This document shows, one piece after another, positions 19,448 to 26,684 of a stretch of 32,979 bases of DNA. Each line of letters begins with the position of its first letter. The first letter of the stretch is position 1. The stretch lies in the NCBI GenBank assembly GCA_041477755.1, contig JBGOUW010000001.1, forward strand, positions 1-32,979. The letters are read 5' to 3'. This DNA is from Candidatus Binatia bacterium (GTDB lineage: Bacteria; Desulfobacterota; Binatia; HRBIN30; JACQVA1). The translations under genes were made by a program, and so were the position numbers. The notes beneath the pieces were generated by a model. It saw nothing but the letters and a program-made list of their open reading frames with translations, did not search any database and was not told the DNA's origin.

Positions 19448-21082
19448 TCAGTGAACGGGAGACGCAGCGGGCGCGGCCGTGTGCAGGTGTGCGTCGATCG
19501 CCTCGGACTCAGTGCCGCACTGGCAGGGCAGCTCGATCATGAAAGTCGAGCCTTCATTCGGCTTGCTACGCACGGTGATCTCGCCTTGATAGCGCTGCAC
19601 CACCGAGTGCACGACCGACAAGCCGAGCCCGGTGCCTTGTCCAGGTGCTTTGGTGGTGAAGAACGGATTGAAAATGTCCTTGAGGCTATCCTCCGGAATG
19701 CCCACGCCGGTGTCGCTGAATTCGATCTGCACGCGTCCGTTGGGTAGCGAGGCGGTGCGCAGGCGCAGCTCGCCACCGTGCGGCATCGCTTGCACGGCGT
19801 TGGTGATCAGGTTGAGGAAGATCTGCCGCAGCGCGTTCTGATTGGCCAAGCAGGGCGCCGACAGGCCGAGGTCGGTGGTGACGCGGACGTCGGCGTTCTG
19901 CAGGCTCTTGTGAATGAGTTGCAGCGTCTTGCGGAGGAGGTCGTTGATGTCGACCGGCTCCAACTCGGCCCGCGACTCGCGTGAGAATTCGAGCAGGTTG
20001 TTGATGATCTCATGCACGCGGCCCATCTCGTCCTTGGCGATCTTGAGGTCTTCCTGAATCTCCGGATTGCTGCGGTCAACGAGCTCACTGAGATCGTAGA
20101 GCGCGTTCAAAATGATGCCGAGTGGGTTGCGAATCTCGTGGGCGATGCCGGCGGCGAGCTGGCCGATCGCCGCCATCTTCTCCGACTGGATCAACTGGCT
20201 CTCCAGGCGCTTGCGATCGGAAATATCGACACAGATGAGTTGAAAGTAGCGTTGATGGCCGTACTCGATGAGCCCCGCGTTGAAAAACACCGGCACCATC
20301 TCCCCTCGGCGAGTCTGCAGGTGGAGATCTTCGCGTTCGGAATGCCCGCGCACCTTGGTCTCTTCCAACAGCCGCTGCGCGCGTGGTCGTTCGGTGGGCG
20401 GTAGCAGGTCCCACAGACGCATGCCGGCCATCTCATCGCGACGGTAGCCCATGAGCTTCTCGGCGACGATGTTGGCGTCGAGCACAGTGCCAATGTCGTA
20501 ATCGAGTTTGAACATGACGGCGGGGGAGTTGTCGATGCGGTTACGGTAACTGGCTTCTTGTTCGCGCAACTCTTCTTCTCGTCCCTCGACGAAGAAGTCG
20601 GTGATATGCAGCAGCCGCTCCTGGAACTCTTGCTGCAGCAGAGCCGAGAGCGCGTCGAGCTTTTCGGGCTGATCGGCGTATCGCTCACGCAGGCGGTCGG
20701 CGAGCATATGGCGCAACTTCATCTGGCCGCTGAGGAAACGGGAGGCAGAGAATTGAGAAATGAATCCGCGGCGCGCATGGCTTCGCAGGTAGACGTAGGT
20801 GTCGATGTCTTCGGGGCTGACGATGTGTGTGATCCAGCGCCCGAGCGCGTCACTCATGCCTTGGTGAATCCCGGGCCATTCCCATTCGGGAATGTTGAAC
20901 GCAGTTCCGATCAGTTCCACCCAGGTGTCGAGAACGCTCGGACCGACCGTGCGGATGAAGTTCGCGAGTTCTTCGCGCAGCGGACTGTGTTCGCGCGGAT
21001 ACGTGAGCAGGTGGCAGCCACGCATGTAGCCTTCGATGCGCCGCAAGTGGGCTTCGAGCGAAGAATCGTAGACCGGCTCCAT
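19448..21082 (-). CDS. Cytoplasmic sensor histidine kinase: unassigned N-terminal helical domain - PAS - HisKA - HATPase (544 aa)
   Basis: H-box [14 protein letters not shown]-box [12 protein letters not shown]1 DTGVGI, G2 GTGLGLS. The PAS segment is [10 protein letters not shown]...ICVDISDRK. No hydrophobic TM stretch is visible. The start is trimmed to the ATG at 21082, which GAAGGAG precedes. Confidence 0.9.
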   Translation of the reverse strand: MEPVYDSSLEAHLRRIEGYMRGCHLLTYPREHSPLREELANFIRTVGPSVLDTWVELIGTAFNIPEWEWPGIHQGMSDALGRWITHIVSPEDIDTYVYLRSHARRGFISQFSASRFLSGQMKLRHMLADRLRERYADQPEKLDALSALLQQEFQERLLHITDFFVEGREEELREQEASYRNRIDNSPAVMFKLDYDIGTVLDANIVAEKLMGYRRDEMAGMRLWDLLPPTERPRAQRLLEETKVRGHSEREDLHLQTRRGEMVPVFFNAGLIEYGHQRYFQLICVDISDRKRLESQLIQSEKMAAIGQLAAGIAHEIRNPLGIILNALYDLSELVDRSNPEIQEDLKIAKDEMGRVHEIINNLLEFSRESRAELEPVDINDLLRKTLQLIHKSLQNADVRVTTDLGLSAPCLANQNALRQIFLNLITNAVQAMPHGGELRLRTASLPNGRVQIEFSDTGVGIPEDSLKDIFNPFFTTKAPGQGTGLGLSVVHSVVQRYQGEITVRSKPNEGSTFMIELPCQCGTESEAIDAHLHTAAPAASPVH

Positions 21083-21108
21083 CGCAGCTCCTTCGGTGCT
21101 AGTGCGGT

Positions 21109-21118
21109 GTTTCAGCAC
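21109..21118 (+). promoter_or_regulatory. Candidate upstream activator element GTTTCAGCAC
   Basis: It lies in the divergent intergenic region between the kinase operon and the 65-aa ORF and ends 86 nt upstream of TGGCAC at 21205. It forms the right arm of GTGCT-N13-AGCAC (21096-21118). CACGT(G) motifs follow at 21122-21126 and 21165-21170. Confidence 0.4.
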
Positions 21119-21204
21119 TCCCACGTCTCGGAATCTATTACCAACTTGTCCGGGGTCTCGCTACCACGTGCGCGGCGGAGGTGCGTAACGACGTCCGCAC
21201 TCTG

Positions 21205-21220
21205 TGGCACGTTGACTGCT
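21205..21220 (+). promoter_or_regulatory. Sigma54 -24/-12 promoter (TGGCACGttgaCTGCT)
   Basis: TGGCACGTTGACTGCT matches 11 of 12 specified positions of the TGGCACG-N4-TTGCW consensus. It is intergenic and lies 45 nt upstream of the ATG at 21266, which has an AGGAGG Shine-Dalgarno. Confidence 0.7.
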
Positions 21221-21265
21221 CTTTCCGTGTCGCAGCGTGGGCAGATGTTCATTAGGAGGCGCGTC

Positions 21266-21463
21266 ATGATCGCAACCGGACTCGGAACACTCACGTGGGC
21301 GAAGCCGCTCACCGAACTCGTTTTCGGATACGGAGACGCCAGCACGGTCGGAATGGTGCTGGGCTTCGGTCTCTTGGTGTCGCTGCTGGGGTTGATTCTG
21401 AACAGTGAGCGAACGGCACCCAGGCCGGAGTTGGTCACCACGCGGCCTGCGTTGCAGCACTGA
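21266..21463 (+). CDS. Small single-pass membrane protein (65 aa), hypothetical
   Basis: AGGAGG (21254-21259) lies 6 nt before the ATG at 21266. The sequence is MIATGLGTLTWAKPLTELVFGYGDASTVGMVLGFGLLVSLLGLILNSERTAPRPELVTTRPALQH, with one clear TM helix. I counted 50 of 65 codons ending in G/C, similar to the neighbouring genes. In the ORF track it is hidden as the tail of the 301-aa ORF 20558-21463, which otherwise runs antisense to the kinase gene. Confidence 0.55.
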   Translation: MIATGLGTLTWAKPLTELVFGYGDASTVGMVLGFGLLVSLLGLILNSERTAPRPELVTTRPALQH

Positions 21464-21477
21464 GCGTCTGAGAGTGC

Positions 21478-21500
21478 GGCGGGGGCAAGCGGCCCCCGCC
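21478..21500. terminator. GC-rich hairpin between convergent genes (putative bidirectional terminator)
   Basis: GGCGGGGGC (21478-21486) pairs with GCCCCCGCC (21492-21500), leaving a 5-nt loop. It lies 15 nt after the small-ORF stop and 8 nt after the cupredoxin stop. There is no U-tract. Confidence 0.45.
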
Positions 21501-21508
21501 CGCGCTCA

Positions 21509-21871
21509 CTATGGTAACACGACGAGCTGACCGCCAACGTGCGCGGGGTGGAGCTGGCAAGTGATCGGGAAGATGCCTTCCTTGTCGGCAGTGAACTCGA
21601 CGGTTTTCGGTTCGCCGCGGGTGATGACTTCTTCGACATTGACGGCCGCGATCTTGAACCCGTGTTGATTAGGGTCGGCCTTCACGTTGTTGATCAGTTT
21701 CAGTTTCACCTTGTCGCCCTTGTGCACGACCAAGGTTGAGGGCAGCCACAACTTGGAACCCTCGTACTCGATGTTGACGACGGTGAATTCTTGCACCTCC
21801 GCACGCACAGTGCCAACCGCCGCCATCGTTGAAGCGGCGGCAATTGCCGCAACCGCGATCCACTTCCGCAT
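21509..21871 (-). CDS. Secreted cupredoxin-domain protein (120 aa)
   Basis: Signal peptide MRKWIAVAAIAAASTMAAVGTVRA. The cupredoxin pattern is VVHKGDKVKLKLINN...NQHGF...FTADKEGIFPITCQLHPAH. GGGAGG precedes the ATG. Confidence 0.75.
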   Translation of the reverse strand: MRKWIAVAAIAAASTMAAVGTVRAEVQEFTVVNIEYEGSKLWLPSTLVVHKGDKVKLKLINNVKADPNQHGFKIAAVNVEEVITRGEPKTVEFTADKEGIFPITCQLHPAHVGGQLVVLP

Positions 21872-21963
21872 AAGTCACCTCCCTGACGCCTAAGTAAGAT
21901 GGATCGCATCTCGCCACAAGCGGCGGATGAATTCAATCGGGCAGCTCTGCTATAGACGATCCC

Positions 21964-24021
21964 GTGGCACACGAGGGTACCTTTCGCCTGGTGGCGGACT
22001 TCACCCCGCAAGGCGATCAGCCGCAGGCAATCACCCAGCTCATCGACGGCTTGGCGCAGGGCCTGCGCAGCCAAGTGCTGCTGGGCGTCACTGGCTCCGG
22101 CAAAACATTTACGATGGCGAACGTCATCGCGCGCCTGAACAAGCCGACGCTGGTGATCGCTCCGAACAAGACCTTGGCGGCGCAGCTCTACAGCGAGTTC
22201 AGGGGGCTGTTTCCCGAAAACGCCGTGCGCTACTTCGTGAGCTACTACGACTACTACCAGCCCGAAGCGTACGTGCCGAGCACCGACACGTACATTGAGA
22301 AGGATTCCTCGATCAACGACGACATCGATAAGATGCGCCACTCCGCCACCAAGGCGTTGCTGGAACGCAACGATGCCCTGATTGTAGCCAGCGTCTCCTG
22401 CATCTACGGCTTGGGCTCGCCGGAAGCGTACTTCGAGATGTTGATCTTCCTCGAGCGCGGCAGCGGCGTCGACCGCGACGCGCTGCTGCGTAAGCTGGTC
22501 GACATTCAGTACCAGCGCAACGACTACGACTTCCACCGCGGAACGTTCCGCGTGCGGGGCGACGTGATCGAGGTGTTTCCGGCGTACGAAGAGGCGCGTG
22601 CCATCCGCATCGAACTGTTCGGCGACACCATCGACGCACTCGCCGAAATAGACCCGCTGCGCGGTCAGGTGCTGCGGCGATTGGATAAGGTTGCGATCTA
22701 TCCCGCCAGCCACTACGTGACGGCTCCGGAGCGAATGGAGAAAGCCGTCGCAGCTATTCGCGCCGAATTGAAGGCGCGCATCGCGGAGTTCCGCGCCGAG
22801 AACAAGCTGCTGGAAGCTCAGCGACTCGAGCAGCGCACGCTCTACGACCTTGAACTGCTCGCCGAGATGGGCTTCTGCCCGGGCATCGAGAACTACTCAC
22901 GGCACTTGACCGGTCGCCAGCCGGGCGAGCCACCCCCGACGCTGATCAACTACTTCCCGGAGGACTGGCTGCTCATTGTCGACGAGAGTCACGTCACCGT
23001 TCCGCAGATCGGCGGCATGTATCGTGGCGATCGCGCGCGCAAGGGAACCTTGGTCGATTTCGGCTTCCGCTTGCCCTCCGCGCTTGACAACCGACCGCTG
23101 AATTTCCAGGAGTTCGACGCGCTGATCCGCCAGATCGTCTACGTTTCCGCAACGCCGGGAAACTACGAACTCGAGCAGGCCCGCGGCGTGGTGGTCGAGC
23201 AGGTTATCCGGCCCACCGGGTTGACGGATCCGCAGCTCAGCGTGCGACCGGCGCGCAACCAGGTTGACGATCTCCTGGAGGCGATCCGCGAGCGCATCGC
23301 TCGCAACGAACGCGTGCTGGTCACAACGTTGACCAAGAAGATGGCCGAAGACCTCACTGACTACTTTCAGGAACTCGGCTTGCGGGTGCGCTATCTGCAT
23401 TCCGACATCGAGACCATCGAGCGCGTCGACATCATCCGCGACCTGCGCAAAGGGGTCTGCGATGTGCTGGTCGGCATCAACTTGCTGCGTGAGGGGCTCG
23501 ACCTGCCGGAGGTCTCGTTAGTAGCGATCCTCGACGCCGACAAGGAAGGATTTCTCCGCTCGGAGCGTTCATTGATTCAAACCATTGGCCGTGCGGCGCG
23601 CAACGTCAATGGCACCGTGATCTTGTATGCGGATCACGTGACCGATTCGATGCGTCGGGCGATCGACGAAACAGATCGAAGGCGGGCCAAGCAAGCAGCG
23701 TATAACCAGGAACACGGCATCACCCCGTTAACCATCCAAAAGGCGATTGATCCCCGGCTAGTCGAAAGTGCCGAGGCGGACTATGTCGATGTCCCGATTG
23801 TCGCCGAGGCCGATGCGGAGTACTTGTCGCTCAAGGAAATTTCCAAGCGCATCGCCGCGCTCGAAAAACAGATGCGCCAAGCTGCCGGTGACCTGGAATT
23901 CGAACGCGCGGCGGAGCTGCGCGATCAGATTCAGCGCCTGCGCGAGCGCGAGTTGGAGGCCCGCGAAGTGCGCGCCGCTAGCTCAGGCGGCGTTGCGGAC
24001 GACGTAGATCCCACCGTCTGA
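21964..24021 (+). CDS. uvrB: Excinuclease ABC subunit B (685 aa)
   Basis: [17 protein letters not shown], Walker A GVTGSGKT, the DESH box, and the C-terminal UVR motif ([16 protein letters not shown]). GTG start at 21964. Confidence 0.95.
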   Translation: MAHEGTFRLVADFTPQGDQPQAITQLIDGLAQGLRSQVLLGVTGSGKTFTMANVIARLNKPTLVIAPNKTLAAQLYSEFRGLFPENAVRYFVSYYDYYQPEAYVPSTDTYIEKDSSINDDIDKMRHSATKALLERNDALIVASVSCIYGLGSPEAYFEMLIFLERGSGVDRDALLRKLVDIQYQRNDYDFHRGTFRVRGDVIEVFPAYEEARAIRIELFGDTIDALAEIDPLRGQVLRRLDKVAIYPASHYVTAPERMEKAVAAIRAELKARIAEFRAENKLLEAQRLEQRTLYDLELLAEMGFCPGIENYSRHLTGRQPGEPPPTLINYFPEDWLLIVDESHVTVPQIGGMYRGDRARKGTLVDFGFRLPSALDNRPLNFQEFDALIRQIVYVSATPGNYELEQARGVVVEQVIRPTGLTDPQLSVRPARNQVDDLLEAIRERIARNERVLVTTLTKKMAEDLTDYFQELGLRVRYLHSDIETIERVDIIRDLRKGVCDVLVGINLLREGLDLPEVSLVAILDADKEGFLRSERSLIQTIGRAARNVNGTVILYADHVTDSMRRAIDETDRRRAKQAAYNQEHGITPLTIQKAIDPRLVESAEADYVDVPIVAEADAEYLSLKEISKRIAALEKQMRQAAGDLEFERAAELRDQIQRLRERELEAREVRAASSGGVADDVDPTV

Positions 24022-24447
24022 GAGATCGCCGAGCACACGCAACAGTTCGGGCACCTGAATCGGCTTCTCGAGGAAAGCGAGGGCGCCGTGCTTGTAACTG
24101 CGCAAGCGGTCGATGGTCGAGTCGCTTGAAGTCAGGACCACGATCGGCACTTCACTGAGTCGGCGATCGTTGTAGATCGCATCCAGCAGCCCGCGTCCGC
24201 CGATGCCTGGGAGATTGAGGTCGAGCAACACGAAGCTGAACGCGGCCGGGTTGTGCGGGTCGGAGTATTGCTGTCGCTGCAGCAACACTAGCGCTTGATC
24301 GGCGGTCGGCACCGTGACCAGCTGGTTGAGAATGCGGGCACGCCGCAGGGCGCGTAACGTCAGGTCGGCATCGTCCGGGTCGTCCTCAACAAGGAGGATA
24401 GGACCGCTGCTCATGGGTGGGGGTTGTTGGCCCTTGTGCGTTGCCAT
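23983..24447 (-). CDS. Single-domain CheY-like response regulator (154 aa)
   Basis: The receiver residues are canonical: [35 protein letters not shown] lies 7 nt before the ATG at 24447; the ATG at 24414 is an alternative start. The 3' end overlaps the uvrB 3' end by 39 nt. Confidence 0.85.
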   Translation of the reverse strand: MATHKGQQPPPMSSGPILLVEDDPDDADLTLRALRRARILNQLVTVPTADQALVLLQRQQYSDPHNPAAFSFVLLDLNLPGIGGRGLLDAIYNDRRLSEVPIVVLTSSDSTIDRLRSYKHGALAFLEKPIQVPELLRVLGDLSDGGIYVVRNAA

Positions 24448-24504
24448 GACTAAGCTCCATCAGTCTAAGCGAGCGAAATTGCGCGCGTCACAGGAAGTGT
24501 GCTC

Positions 24505-24520
24505 TGCGAGTTGCGTACCA
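24505..24520 (-). promoter_or_regulatory. Candidate sigma54 -24/-12 promoter (TGGTACGcaacTCGCA) for the orphan receiver
   Basis: The minus strand reads TGGTACGCAACTCGCA with GG-N10-GC spacing and 10 of 12 consensus positions. It lies 57 nt upstream of the ATG at 24447. Confidence 0.45.
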
Positions 24521-24604
24521 TCTCGCGAGCGAAGCGCCTGGCCGTGTTGTCGGCCGTGTCACGGTCCATGTGCGCCTACACGCGCGACGCTGCGAGCGCG
24601 CTCA

Positions 24605-24614
24605 GCGCTGAAAC
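24605..24614 (-). promoter_or_regulatory. Candidate upstream activator element GTTTCAGCGC
   Basis: The minus strand reads GTTTCAGCGCT and ends 84 nt upstream of the TGG at 24520. It matches the element at 21109-21118 at 9 of 10 positions (10 of 11 counting the flanking T). It is embedded in the AGCGCT/AGCGCGCT palindromes. Confidence 0.4.
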
Positions 24615-24705
24615 GTCACTCGGGTGACGGCGGCGCGGAGCATCCGCGCCTTTCCCTGCGACGGTCGCGGGTATAGTCTTCGGTGCGGCGGGTGAGGACC
24701 ATCTG

Positions 24706-26643
24706 GTGAGCAACGCGGTTGAGCAAACAGCCAGTGGCGAAGAAGAAGCGGCGGCGCCGGGGGACGTGATCCAGCACGGGTGCGAGGAAAAGCTGACAGC
24801 GTTGCCAGGTCAGCCGGGCGTCTATCTGCTCAAGGACAAGCACGCCAAGGTCATCTACGTCGGTAAGGCCAAGAACCTCCGCAATCGCGTACGCAGCTAC
24901 TTTCGCGGGGGCGACGAGCGGGTGCAGGTCCGGTTTCTGGTGCAGCGTGTGACCGACTTCGAAACCCTGGTCACCAGCAACGACAAGGAAGCCCTGATCC
25001 TCGAGAACAATCTCATCAAGCAGTACAAGCCGCGCTACAATATCCGACTCAAGGACGACAAGTCGTATGTCAGCGTGAAGGTAACCGTTCAGCAGGACTG
25101 GCCGCGGATTGTAGTCACCCGCAAGATCGTCAAGGACGGCAGCCGCTACTTCGGTCCGTTCTCGTCGGCCTCCGGTGTGCGCGAGACGCTCGATACCATT
25201 CGCAAGGTGATCCCGTTGCGTACCTGCAGCGATGGCGTATTCCGCAACCGATCGCGGCCATGCTTGGAGTATCAAATCAAGCGCTGCCTAGCCCCGTGCT
25301 GTCTCCCAGTGGATGCAGAGACCTATCAACGTCACTTGCGCGAAGCGATGCTGCTGCTCGAAGGCAAGAACCAGCAGTTGGTTCGGCAACTCCGGGATGA
25401 CATGAGCGCGGCGGCGACCGATCTGCGCTTCGAGGACGCAGCCCGCTTGCGCGATCAAATCCGCACGATTGAGAAGACGCAGGAGCCGCAGCAGGTCTTG
25501 TCGCACTGGGGCGGTGATCAGGACATCTTCGGTCTCTATCGCGAGGGCGGCTTCATTGAGGCGCAGGTGCTGTTCATCCGCAGTGGCAAGCTGACCGGCA
25601 ATCAGGCCTACCATATCGAGGACTACGAGTTCTCCACGGAAGAAGTACTCGAAGATTTGTTGACGCAGTTCTACCAAGGGGATCGCTACCTTCCGGATGA
25701 GATCCTGTTGCCGGTGGCGATCGAGGATGCCGATACGCGCGCGGAATATCTCAGCGAGCGGCGGGGGCGGCGGGTCGAGGTCTTGTGGCCGCAGCGCGGC
25801 GACAAGGTGCGTCTGGTCGCGATGGCGACGGAGAACGCGCGGCAGGGCTTCCGCGCGCGCCAGGATGGCGACTACCAGCGCGAGCGGATGCTCGACGAGT
25901 TGCGGACTAAGCTGCACCTGCGCAACGCCCCCAAGCGCATCGAGTGCTTCGATATTTCGAATATACAAGGCACGCTGGCGGTGGGATCGATGGTGACCTT
26001 CGATGAAGGCGAGCCCGACAAGAATCGCTATCGCCGCTTTCGTATTCGCACGGTGGAAGGGGCGGACGACTTTCGTATGATGTATGAGGTGCTCACGCGC
26101 CGCTATCGCCGCGCCAAGGAGACGGGGGACTTCCCAGATTTGCTCGTCGTCGACGGTGGGATCGGGCAACTCAACGTCGCGCTCGAAGTGCTCCGCGAGC
26201 TGGAGATCACGGAAGTCGACGCGGCTGGGTTGGCAAAAATGCGGGTCGAGCGCGACGCCCGCGCGCCGCAGATCGAGCGCAGCGAGGAGCGGGTGTTCCT
26301 GCCCGGGCGGAAGAACCCGGTGGTGTTGCGGCGCAATTCGAGCGCGCTGTTCTTGCTCCAGCGCGTGCGAGACGAAGCCCATCGCTTCGCCATCACCTAT
26401 CACCGCGCGCTGCGCCGCAAGGAACGACTGCGGTCGTTGCTCGATGGCATCCCCGGGATTGGTGCGACCCGGCGCAAACGATTGCTGCGCCATTTCGGCA
26501 GCGTGCGTCGCATGCGCGACGCGACGGTGGCACAACAGACCGAAGTGTCGGGCATCTCCACAGCATTGGCCGAAACCATCGAGCGGGCGCTGGCGGAACC
26601 GAATGTGGCCGCAACACCCCCGCAATCAGGAAACGAGAACTAG
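24706..26643 (+). CDS. uvrC: Excinuclease ABC subunit C (645 aa)
   Basis: GIY-YIG domain (PGVYLLKDKHAKVIYVGKAKNLRNRVRSYF), a UVR motif (LRFEDAARLRDQI) and a C-terminal (HhH)2 region. The GTG at 24706 is preceded by GGTGAGGA. Confidence 0.95.
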   Translation: MSNAVEQTASGEEEAAAPGDVIQHGCEEKLTALPGQPGVYLLKDKHAKVIYVGKAKNLRNRVRSYFRGGDERVQVRFLVQRVTDFETLVTSNDKEALILENNLIKQYKPRYNIRLKDDKSYVSVKVTVQQDWPRIVVTRKIVKDGSRYFGPFSSASGVRETLDTIRKVIPLRTCSDGVFRNRSRPCLEYQIKRCLAPCCLPVDAETYQRHLREAMLLLEGKNQQLVRQLRDDMSAAATDLRFEDAARLRDQIRTIEKTQEPQQVLSHWGGDQDIFGLYREGGFIEAQVLFIRSGKLTGNQAYHIEDYEFSTEEVLEDLLTQFYQGDRYLPDEILLPVAIEDADTRAEYLSERRGRRVEVLWPQRGDKVRLVAMATENARQGFRARQDGDYQRERMLDELRTKLHLRNAPKRIECFDISNIQGTLAVGSMVTFDEGEPDKNRYRRFRIRTVEGADDFRMMYEVLTRRYRRAKETGDFPDLLVVDGGIGQLNVALEVLRELEITEVDAAGLAKMRVERDARAPQIERSEERVFLPGRKNPVVLRRNSSALFLLQRVRDEAHRFAITYHRALRRKERLRSLLDGIPGIGATRRKRLLRHFGSVRRMRDATVAQQTEVSGISTALAETIERALAEPNVAATPPQSGNEN

Positions 26644-26684
26644 TTGGCCGCGCGGCCTGTCGCCGCACGTGGGACACCGACGGC

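Noticed and set aside
21800-21815. Minus-strand match TGGCACtgtgcGTGCG with GG-N10-GC spacing (sigma54-like).
   Set aside because: It lies inside the cupredoxin signal-peptide coding region (VGTVRAE), has a poor -12 box, and has no downstream gene start to serve.
21872-21963. Looked for a LexA/SOS box upstream of uvrB, and in 24448-24705 upstream of uvrC.
   Set aside because: No CTGT-N8-ACAG, CGAAC-N4-GTTCG or GTTC-N7-GTTC type palindrome is present. I cannot support SOS regulation from the sequence.
21706-22713. 335-aa minus-strand ORF. Similar cases are 25288-26625 (445 aa), 26084-27019 (+, 311 aa), 29616-30419 (267 aa), 32159-32878 (239 aa), 13024-13698 (224 aa), 14547-15206 (219 aa), 3132-3950 (+) and 4059-4886 (+).
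   Set aside because: All overlap confidently identified genes (uvrB, uvrC, comEC, FrhB-like, vanZ/rnhB, sdhB/sucC, lipoprotein, GST, trHbN/AKR) in another frame or strand, and none has a recognisable motif.
24672-24677. TATAGT hexamer 28 nt upstream of the uvrC GTG, as a sigma70 -10 box.
   Set aside because: It is plausible, but the -35 region (CTTTCC/TTTCCC) is poor. I mention it only in the finding on the uvrB/uvrC spacer and do not call it as a feature.
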